64,000 nt of DNA from Eledone cirrhosa (lineage: Eukaryota), in NCBI GenBank assembly GCA_964016885.1, contig OZ024741.1, positions 141,980,001 to 142,044,000 of the forward strand, written 5' to 3'. The position numbers and the translations under genes are program-made. Within the stretch, counting starts at the first letter, position 1, and each line of letters begins with the position of its first letter. Below the pieces are notes generated by a model. That model worked only from the letters and a program-made list of their open reading frames with translations, was not told the DNA's origin and did not search any database. Below, one piece after another: positions 53,521 to 64,000 of this stretch.

Positions 53521-53705
53521 GAGGCAATGTTATTTTAGTTATTTAATAATAGTTCATTGATTATTTTTACGACTATCAAATTGTTCTCACCCTTTATAGG
53601 ATAAAATGTACCTTTGTGTTTAGATTTCGATTTCCAGTTATACTTAGTTGATTCTCTATTTCTATATCCCGTACGTTACAACACCTCATCCACAACTGCA
53701 TACAT

Positions 53706-54163
53706 TCTTCTTCTTCTTCTTCTTCTTCTTCTTCTTCTTCTTCTTCTTCTTCTTCTTCTTCTTCTTCTTCTTCTTCTTCTTCTTCTTCTTCTTCTTCTTC
53801 TTCTTCTTCTTCCAGTGGGTCCTATCAGAAGCAACCATCTCCAAGTGATCCCCAAGCGAGACCAGCCAAGCTCACGGATGTTATCCATCTTGCTCGGAGT
53901 CTACCCCTGGGTCGCCTGCCAGTTGGTTTTGCCTGTAAAATCTGACCAGCGATTCTTTCCTGAGACATTCTAACCACATGCCTATAGTATCGGAGCTGTG
54001 ATCTCTCAATTCGGAGAAATAGCGGCTCTACCTGGAGTGACTCTCTGATCTCCGAGTTACGCACTTTATCGAGTACCGTTACACCATAGACTCTTCGGAG
54101 GAATCCCATTTCGGTAGCTTGTATTCGCGATCGTATTTTTTCTGTCATTATCCATAACTGCAT
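53706..54163 (-). mobile_element. RTE LINE 3' fragment with (GAA)n tail
   Basis: RIQATEMGFLRRV.G.T.LDKVRNSEIRESL..RRPRGR; (CTT)n at 53706-53812. Confidence 0.88.
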
Positions 54164-54624
54164 ACACTCATACGTTCATCCTTTCACTAATCACCACACA
54201 GTTCCGTCACCAAATTATACATTGCTTTATACAGACACCTCACATCTATCACATTATCTATCCACCCATTCACTCAACACTACATCCATCCACACACCAT
54301 TTCACATACCATCCCATCACTTTATCCCCTTTTACATCCTTTTACTTAGTTCCCCATATCTTTATTCATATACCACCACTTCAACCACTTACCCATCAGT
54401 TCATCCACATAGCCAATTCTCTCTTAAATCACAACCGTCTGTATTGAGACAGAAAGTATGTATTGTATAATGAAGTCCTAGATATAATATAGTTTAGAAA
54501 AATAACTCTTTCATCTTCTGTGCTAACCTGGGCCTAAACAACAATATAAATAAAATAGTAAGTCAGAAATGTTTTCGATTTGAAATTAAAACTGCGTCGA
54601 TATTTCCAGAATTTACATTCTGCG

Positions 54625-54870
54625 TGTTCCAGTTGTTCGAACTACGGAACAACCTGTTTGTGAAATTAGCGTGCAAGTGGCTGAACATTCCACTGACACG
54701 TGGTTCTTGTGGAGATTCAGCAGGTTCTTTTGAATTACAAGTACAACTCATTTTTGCCAGCCGATTGGACTGGAGCAGGGTGAAATAAGATTTCTTGCGT
54801 CAGCAGGACTGGAATTTACGACCTTATCTGTCAGCTGAATCCCTAACAACTAAGCCACGTGCCTTCACTT
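54625..54870 (-). mobile_element. CORE-like SINE family B
   Basis: Matches the family consensus. Confidence 0.75.
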
Positions 54871-55049
54871 TCCATTCTACATCATACCACGTTCTCTACC
54901 ACTTAAGTAGTAAAATCGTTTAGTTCGCCATATCTTAGACATTTTATATATACTTTTTACGTATATTAGCAAGTTCGGAGGTTGTGTCTTCGAGCCTCAC
55001 CTAGGGCAGTAGTATTTTCCTTTTTTTTTTTTCTTTAATGTTAGTAAAT

Positions 55050-55561
55050 ATATTGTTATACTTTGGGAGGGTCATGTTGCCAATAAGAAACACACGCACC
55101 AGTTGCTTTCACTTCAATTTAATTTAATATATATTTATAAATTTACAAATTTATAAATTTCTGGTTGGTTGGTTGGTTCCACAACCAGATAGTTGTTTAT
55201 ATATATATAGTCATAGTTCTTTCGTCACACACTCTGTGACCTCTTCAGTGACTGGGGATTTCTTTCTTCGTTTCTGTGCCTTTCCTTTCTTCTATCCTAC
55301 GCCATTTGGCGTAGGATAGAAGAAAGGAAAGGCACAGAAACGAAGAAAGAAATCCCCAGTCACTGAAGAGGTCACAGAGTGTGTGACGAAAGAACTATGA
55401 CTATATATATATAAACAACTATCTGGTTGTGGAACCAACCAACCAACCAGAAATTTATAAATTTGTAAATTTATAAATATATATTAAATTAAATTGAAGT
55501 GAAAGCAACTGGTGCGTGTGTTTCTTATTGGCAACATGACCCTCCCAAAGTATAACAATAT
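55050..55561. repeat. Perfect 512-bp palindrome built from two Penelope 3' ends
   Basis: 255-bp arms around a TT spacer at 55305-55306; hammerhead-like motifs at 55209-55253 (-) and 55358-55402 (+). Confidence 0.92.
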
Positions 55562-55994
55562 CGGTTTCAACACACGATTTCAGATAAAGAATCTTGCTAA
55601 ACAAATTCAGAAACGAAATTAGTAAATATAGTTAATAGATTATTAATATGGTAATCAGTTTTATTTCACAATTTATAGAATGAAATATATCCGTGTGTTT
55701 AGGTTTCGATTTCTACTTGTACTGATTTCACTTGACTCACAACACACGGGTATCTAATATCTCTTCTATCATGGCTTCTCATCAACTCATCAACCAGGGA
55801 CCTCGTTTGCCTTAGAAATGTGAGGGGGACAAACTAACATGAATCTGAACGGAGCATGTCAGTATTGCTTATGGTGCCTTTCCCGGACCCTATCACATAA
55901 GTAAAATTTTACGCTAATTAAATTTTGTATATTCAAATGAATTTCAGATATAAAAAGATAAGCTTAAAAAAAAATTATTATATCAAATAAATAA

Positions 55995-56180
55995 GGGCGA
56001 TGGGTTGGCAGTATCAGTAGAGGGTCAGACGCCATGCTTTGACGCAAAGAGTTACGTCCCTTTATGAGGTTAAATCCCGCCGAGGTTAACTTTGCCTTTC
56101 ATCCTTACGGGATCGATAAAATAAAGTACCAGTAATGTACTGGGAAATTGCTGGCTTTGTGCCAAAAGTAGAAACAATTA
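55995..56180 (+). mobile_element. SINE family A
   Basis: Matches the family consensus. Confidence 0.85.
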
Positions 56181-56329
56181 TATCAAATAAAAAAAAATAA
56201 AATATAGACGTTTGAAAAAGTGGTGGTGGTGGTGGTGGTGGTGGTGGTGGACTTGTCCCCTGGTACACCCCCCCCCCCCGAAACAAGGCCCTTGTCATCA
56301 ACCCACACTTTTATCCGCACATGATATAT

Positions 56330-56620
56330 TAGTTATCACATTCAGTTCACGATCGAAATGTTGTGAGTTCGATTCCAGGACGGGGTGGTACGTTGTGTCC
56401 TTCAGCATGGCGCTTTATTTCACATTGCTACATTCCACTCAGCTGGCAAAAACGAAACGTACCTGTAGTTCACATGGTGCCCGCCTGATTTTCTTTGAGA
56501 ACTACGTTAAAGGTGTACGTGTCTGTGGTATGCTCAGTCACGTGAACGTTAATTTCACGAGTAGGCAGTTCCGTTAATTGAATCAACTGGAGCACTCGTC
56601 GGAAAAGACGGAGGTCCACA
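56330..56620 (+). mobile_element. CORE-like SINE family B
   Basis: GAGTTCGATTCC..GTTGTGTCCTT..TTCCGTT. Confidence 0.8.
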
Positions 56621-56894
56621 CAACAACAAACACAATCCTTTTACCAAATCACTAATCACTTACCCACGCAGCATATCACTTTATCTATCCTTTAAACAAT
56701 TTACCCACCCGACTAAACATCACCTTACCCACCGTCTAAATATCAGTTTACCCTCCTATCTAATCATTACTTTACCCTTTCCCTAAATCTCATTTTACCC
56801 ATGCTCTAAACACTTCCCCACACATCTGAGCATCATTTTACCCAGTCTCTTGGTTCGCACACCCATTAACTTAACAACTCACCCATTATGGTAT

Positions 56895-57405
56895 CTACCC
56901 ACCCATTACAATAACCACCAACCTATTACATTATCCCTCTATATAATTACCCACCCACACATTACATACTCTTGTATCTACCCACCCATCACAATAACCA
57001 CCAACCTATCACATTATCCCTCTATATAATTACCCACCCACACATCACATATTCTTGTATGTACCCACCATCACAATAGCCACCAACCTATCACATTATC
57101 CCTCTATATAACTACCCACCCACACATCACATATACTTGTATGTACCCACCCATCACAATAACCACCAACCTATCACATTATCCCTCTATATAACTACCC
57201 ACCCACACATCACATATTCTTGTATCTACCCACCCATCACAATAGCCACCAACCTATCACATTATCCCTCTATATAATTACCCACCTTCACATCACATAT
57301 TCTTGTATCTACCCACCCATCACAATAGCCACCAACCTATCACATTATCCCTCTATATAACTACCCACCCACACATCACATATTCTTGTATGTACCCACT
57401 CATCA
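56895..57405. repeat. 83-bp tandem satellite, about 6 copies
   Basis: CTTGTAT recurs at 56971, 57054, 57136, 57219, 57302 and 57385. Confidence 0.92.
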
Positions 57406-57487
57406 CATGTTTTATGACATTGAAAGGAAACATCACTCGTCGTGTATCGAAACATTCGAAAATTAAAAAAAATAAGTTTCACTATCG

Positions 57488-59760
57488 CATTACCCACCAA
57501 TCTAATCACTTACCCACCCTACTATACAACACATTACCCACCAATCTAATCACTTACCCACCTTCTATACAACACATTACCCACCAAACTAATCATTTAC
57601 CCACCCTTCTATACAACATATTACCCACCAATCTAATCACTTACCCACCCTTCTATACAACACATTACCCACCAATCTAATAACTTACCCACACTCTATA
57701 TAACACATTACTCACCAATCTAATCTCTTACCCACACATCTATACAACACATTACCCACCAATCTAATCACTTACCCTTCTATACAACACATTACCCACC
57801 TATCTAATCACTTACCCACCCTTCTACACAACACATTACCCACCTATCTAATCACTTACCCACCCTATCTATACAACACATTACCCATCAATCTAATCAC
57901 TTACCCACCCTTCTATACAACACAGTACGCACCAATCTAATCACTTACCCATCCATCTATACAACACATTACCCACCAATCTAATCACTTACTCACCCTT
58001 CTATACAACACATTATCCACCAATCTAATCGCTTACCCACCCTTCTATACATCACATAATCCACCTATCTAATCACTTACCCACCCTTCTATACAACACA
58101 CAACCCACCAATCTAATCATTTACCCACCCTTCTATACAACACATTACCCACCAATCTAATCACTTACGCACCCATCTATACAACACATTACCAACCAAT
58201 CTAATCACTTACCCACCCATCTAAATATCACATTACCCACCTATCTAATCACATACCCACCGGTCTATACAACACATTACCCACCAATCTAATCACCCAC
58301 TTACCCATCTAAATACCACATTACCCACCTTCTAATCACTTATCCACCCTTCTATACAACACATTACCCACATATCTAAACACCCACCCATCTAAACATC
58401 ACATTACCCACCTATCTAATCACTTACGCACCAATCTAATCATTCACCCACCCATCTAAACACCACATTACTTTACTCACCTCTCTAATCACTTACCCAC
58501 CCTTCTATAGAACACATTACCCACCTATCTAATCACCCACCTACCCATCTAAACATCACATTACCCATGTATCTAATCACTTACCCACCAATCTAATCAC
58601 TCACCCACCCATCTAAACACCACATTACCCACCTTTCTAATCACTTACCCACCCTTCTAACAACACATTACTCACCTATCTAATCACCCACCCACCCATC
58701 TAAACATCACATTACCCATCTATCTAATCACTTACCCACCAATCTAATCACTCACCCACCCATCTAAACACCACATTACCCACCTATCTAATCAACCACC
58801 CATCCTTCTAAACACCACATTACCCACGTATCTAATCACCCACCCACCCATCTAAACATCACATTACCCACCTATCTAATCACTTACCCACCCTTCTAAA
58901 CATAATATTACCCACCTATCTAAACATCACATTACCCATCTATCTAATCACTTACCCACCTTTCTAATCACTCACCACACTTCTAAACATCACATTACCC
59001 ACCTATCTAATCACTTACCCACATTTCTAATCAATCACCCACCCTTCTAAACATCACATTACCCACCCTTCTAAACATCACATTACCCACCTATCTAATC
59101 ACTTACCCACCCTTCTAAACATCACATTACCCACCCCTCTAATCACTTACTCACCTATCTAAACATCACATTACCCACCCATCTAAACATCACATTACCC
59201 ACCTATCTAATCACTTACCCACCTATCTAAACATCACATTACCCACCTATCTAATCACTTACTCACCCTTCTAAACATCACATTACCCATCTATCTAATC
59301 ACTTACCCACCTATCTAATCACTCACCCACATTTCTAAACATCACATTATCCACCTATCTAATCACTTACCCACCTTTCTAATCACTCACCCACCCTTCA
59401 AAACATCACATTACCCACGTATCTAATAACTTACCCACCCTTCTAAACATCACATTACCCACATATCTAATCACTTACCCACCCTTCTAAACATCACATT
59501 ACCCACCTATCTAATCACTTACCCACCCTTCTAAACATCACATTACCCACCTATCTAATCACTTACCCACCCTTCTAAACATCACATTACCCACGTATCT
59601 AATCACTTACCACCCATCTAAACATCACATTACCCACATATCTAATCACTCACCCACCCTTCTAAACACTACATTATCCACCTATCTAATCACTCACCCA
59701 CCCATCCTAACATCACATTACCTCACACCCATATAAACATAATTTTACCCATCTTTAAAC
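57488..59760. repeat. 44-bp (20+24 subunit) tandem minisatellite
   Basis: Unit ACATTACCCACCAATCTAATCACTTACCCACCCTTCTATACAAC and variants over ~2.3 kb. Confidence 0.92.
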
Positions 59761-59932
59761 ATCAGTTTAATCACTCTCTCAACACTTTACCCACCTTTTA
59801 AACACTTTACACATCCAACTAAACACAGTACTAAACACCTTCCCCACCCATTTGAGACAAGCAAAAAATTGTTCACTAATGGTGATACCCCAGCATGGCC
59901 TCAGCCTGTCGGCTAGAACACGCAATAGCGTA

Positions 59933-60118
59933 ATAATTGTTTCTACTTTTGGCACAAGGCCAGCAATTATCCCAGTGCATTACTGTTGCTTTACTTTATC
60001 GACCCCGTAAGGACGAAAGGCAAAGTTAACCTCGGCGGGATTTGAACTCAGACCATAAAGGGACATAACTCTTTGCTGCAAAACATGGCGTCAGACCCTC
60101 TATCGATACTGCCAATCC
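59933..60118 (-). mobile_element. SINE family A
   Basis: Matches the family consensus. Confidence 0.85.
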
Positions 60119-60203
60119 TAATGTAATATATACATATATATATAAAGAAAGAGAGAGAGAATTAGTCGTTCATTAACATAAATTTAATAATCATCCAGCA
60201 GCT

Positions 60204-60315
60204 GCCCCGGTGGCACAATCGGTTAGCGCGCCGTACTTATAGACAGTACCTTCCTTGTGTTTATCACAAGACGGGAGTTATGCGGAGGTTGTGAGTTCAA
60301 CCCTCACCCAGGGCA
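60204..60315 (+). tRNA. trnI: tRNA-Ile(UAU) with intron at 60242-60279 (gene or young pseudogene)
   Basis: Cloverleaf with anticodon TAT at 60238-60240, intron one base 3' of the anticodon, T-loop TTCAACC, oligo-T terminator right after. Confidence 0.78.
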
Positions 60316-61013
60316 GAATTTTTTTTTCTTTTCGTTTAAACAGCCATCAATATTAGTTATTTATCAAATTTCGTAGTTGCATCCATCTTGAAAAGTTGAA
60401 TATATACATATGTATTACATATGTATAATTAGTATTTGTCTTTGACACATTGGTTGTTTATTTGTGGGTTGCAAATAAAAACATAAACTGGGTTAGTATG
60501 TTGTTTTTTGTACGTAAATTTCATAAATATTATATCTTATGGATGGTAAAAGTCTTTATATATTTGTATAGATTATTAGATAGCTGTTCATTATCTTAAA
60601 TTTTACGAGCAGCCGGCAGAAATGTTTTTGTATTGATTTAGAACTATCCATATAATGATTTCTTAAATTGGCACAAAGCCAGAAATATCGATTATAGCAA
60701 GTTCAATTTTTTTTACTGGTATTTTATTATATCAATCCATTGAGCTAAACAACGCCTGACAACAATCACCGTATAAATTAGAAACTAGATCGAACAGATT
60801 TCAATGTAACAACATCGTACGCAAAGTTGTTATGAGGTTCATAGAAAATGTAGGAAAACTCAGACGCAGCAAATGTCTGTAGAGATATGAGTATTGATTC
60901 TTCGTAGCGACCGCCAACCACTTTTTACTTCTATAAGGGGGTCTTTACCCGATTTTCTAAGCTATTTGTAGCCACCAACTGTATTTACAGTTGTTTTCTA
61001 CATCTAAGATTCC

Positions 61014-61085
<72 letters not shown>

Positions 61086-61209
61086 GAGAGAGAGAGAGGG
61101 GGGAGGAGAGAGAGAGAGAATGAGTCAATCTTCAGTCAATTGAAGATGGTTGGCCTTGAGCAATTGTTGAAGCGTATTGAGGCAATTAAACCCCATCAAG
61201 AAACTATCT

Positions 61210-61975
61210 TTCGATTCCTAAGCTTCTATATATGCTCAGGGTCAGCCCATCTCCCAAGGCTAACGTTGGTGGCCTACTCAGCTTGCACGAGCTTCGAGTC
61301 TCCATTGCCCTCAGAGTGGAAGCCGACATCTGTTCGGCCTCCACGGTCTATATTTGCCGCCTAAATGCCGGTCGCTTCGCGCGTCACACGGAGCTAAACC
61401 TCATCATCAAGAGACCTTTTCCCCAGGCAAACAACCCCTAAATTTAAGAACCGTCTGTGTTGTTCAGAATTGATGGGAAATGACCTGACGGTCTTACCCT
61501 GTGCCCCAGGTTAAGAGGCAGGTGCCTTATCTTAGACGTCACAGTTAGTGACTCTTTTGCTTCTTCCCACATCTTAGATGCAGCGGTTAGGGCAAGAGCT
61601 ACAGCTTCCGCAGCCGAACATAACAAAATCCTGAAATACTGTGATCTGTCGGGTAACTACATTTTCCAGCCTGTGGCGTTCGAAACGTTTGGGGGAGTTG
61701 GGCTACTGACTGCAAGGTTCTTATCTTCACTGGCGGCTCGCCTAACTGAGGTAACTGGTGATGCGCGTGAGGGCACTTGGTTGTTCCAACACATCAGCCT
61801 CGCCATCATCCTAGGTAACTCTGCGAGCGTGCTGTCTTGCCTCAAAACTTATCAGAGAGGTTTCCCAGTGCTTCTCGTGATATTGTTATCTTTTGTTCTC
61901 GTAGCGGCACGTTTGTCCACCCCTTTCGTCAGCCTTTTGTTGTATGTGATCTTAGATGTATGTATTACCTGTATA
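61210..61975 (+). mobile_element. CRE-like non-LTR retrotransposon 3' part (restriction-like endonuclease), decayed
   Basis: IPKLLYMLR..; RH..LN.II; [33 protein letters not shown]; the 3' UTR ends in (TA)n. Confidence 0.85.
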
Positions 61976-62001
61976 TATGTATATATATATATATGTATAT
62001 A

Positions 62002-62145
<144 letters not shown>

Positions 62146-62154
62146 CATATATAC

Positions 62155-62185
<31 letters not shown>

Positions 62186-62264
62186 CATATATATATATAC
62201 ATATATATATATACATATATATATATACATATATATATATACATATATATATATATACATATAT

Positions 62265-62515
62265 ATAAGTATGTATACGTACATACATATATTATACAGA
62301 CGTAGAGTAGTATGTATATATATACATACATGCACACATATATATGTACGTATGGATTTACCAAGCACTTATTATAATGTTGGTTTGTTTGTAAACAAAC
62401 ATCCCGAATTAAGCCGTACAGTGTTTAGCAACTATCGTTGCCTTTTGTCCAACACTGACAGTTAAGTAACAGCCGTACTAAGAGTGAGAAATGAAATTTC
62501 GTTTCATTTTTTCCA
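62265..62515. mobile_element. Inverted-segment copy of the 26585-27305 element
   Basis: 62265-62460 matches 26585-26787; 62461-62515 matches ~27253-27305. Confidence 0.85.
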
Positions 62516-62532
62516 TTATATATATATATATA

Positions 62533-63336
62533 TATTGTTATACTTTGGGAGGGCCATGTTGCCAATAAGAAACACACGCACCAGTTGGTTTCACTTCAAA
62601 TTATTATTTATTTATAAATTTACAAATTTATAAATTTATAAATTTCTGGTTGGTTGGTTGCTTCCGCAACCAGATAGTTGTTTATATATAGTCATAGTCC
62701 TTTCGTCACACACTCTGTGACCTCTTCAGTGACTGGGGATTCCTTTCTTTGTTTCTGTGCCTCTCCTTTCTCTGTCCTACGCCATTTTGTTTCTGTGTGT
62801 GTGTTGTGTGGTCAGTTTGCGCATGCGTCACATCCGGGTGTCTGTGTGTGTTTATGTTCATTTATCTATTTGTTTATTTATTTATTTATTTATTTACATG
62901 TTATTGGTTGGTTGATTGTTCTATGTGTGTGTGTGTTTTCATTTTGTCCTTAATTGTAAGTTGTGATGTTGCTGTTCCACTCATATTTTCTATTTAGTTT
63001 TGGTTGTAATTCTTTTATGTTTATTGCCTCTGTAATTTGTCTAAACATTGCATCTTTTCTGTGTGTAGATTCTATTTTTATTTCTATGTTCTCTAATTTA
63101 CCCTTGTGTTCTATCTTAGCATGTTGGTAGAGTACAGATGATTCTTTATTATCTTGAAGGTCTCGCCAGTGTTCATTTATCCGTTCCCCTATACTACGAG
63201 CTGTCTCACCTATGTACACTATATTTTTGTTTCTACATTGTCCTTCAGTACATCTTATGCTATACACTACATTTCTAGTTTTACAGTAAATATGGGGGCT
63301 TATTTTACAGGTTATACATTTCTTATCTATGCATGA
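62533..63336 (-). mobile_element. Penelope-like element 3' part (GIY-YIG ORF 62950-63336, 3' UTR, hammerhead-like motif 62690-62734)
   Basis: [49 protein letters not shown]; motif AGTCA CTGAAGA G-GTCACA..TGTGAC GAAA GGAC TA TGACT. Confidence 0.9.
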
Positions 63337-63404
63337 GGGACGTTTGTCCACCCCTTTCGCCAGCCTTTTGTTGTATGTGATCTTAGATGTATGTATTACC
63401 TGTA

Positions 63405-63460
<56 letters not shown>

Positions 63461-63480
63461 CATAATACATATATATATAT

Positions 63481-63553
<73 letters not shown>

Positions 63554-63668
63554 GATAGATAGATAGAGAGATAGAGAGAGAGAAAGACAGAAAGAGAGAG
63601 ATAGATGCAAAGAATTATTCATTATATACGCATACACTATACATTATATACTACATTTACATACATAT

Positions 63669-63756
<88 letters not shown>

Positions 63757-63797
63757 AGTCGTTCATTGACATAAATTCAATAACCACTAAAACAGTT

Positions 63798-63909
63798 TCC
63801 CCGGTGGCACAAACGGTTAGCGCGCCGTACTTATAGACAGAACCTTCTTTGTGATAATCACATGATGGAAGATATGCGGAGGTTGTGAGTTCGAGCCTCA
63901 CCCAGGGCA
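63798..63909 (+). pseudogene. tRNA-Ile(UAU) intron-containing copy, probable pseudogene
   Basis: Homologous to 60204-60315, with G1>T and a D-loop change. Confidence 0.8.
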
Positions 63910-64000
63910 GATAATCTTTTTCATTTTTTTTCATCTAAGCAGCCATCTATATTAGTTATTTATCAAATTTCCTGTTTGCATCCATCTTGCATCCACACAC

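Noticed and set aside
57488-59760. CRISPR array or telomeric repeat
   Set aside because: No unique spacers, eukaryotic context, and the unit is not TTAGGG.

Overview
Animal genomic DNA that is AT-rich and saturated with (TA)n/(CA)n/(GA)n microsatellites; the tRNA-derived SINE families resemble those of octopus (recognised from memory, not by search). There is a 200-N gap at 46829-47028. No host protein-coding gene is convincingly present, and most ORFs in the track are microsatellite read-through. Recognisable content: a 5'-truncated but open RTE LINE (7660-10239), decayed RTE, Tx1/L1, CRE-like, Gypsy and Helitron pieces, four Penelope-like (GIY-YIG) fragments, two abundant SINE families, 83-bp and 44-bp satellites, and about 7 copies of an intron-containing tRNA-Ile(UAU) cassette. 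The main hidden signal is about 15 type I hammerhead-ribozyme motifs from roughly nine unrelated short elements. Four of these families use the U3:A8 core (UUGANAA), and most have palindromic, dimer-type stem III. Many sit in insertions with one architecture: two cDNA-like arms joined head-to-head, with 3' ends pointing outward into (TA)n tracts. Examples are a perfect 512-bp palindrome, a twin-priming-type inversion, a 591-nt tandem retrozyme-like unit and a Penelope/CRE chimera. Ribozyme folds were read by eye and coordinates of decayed repeats are approximate.
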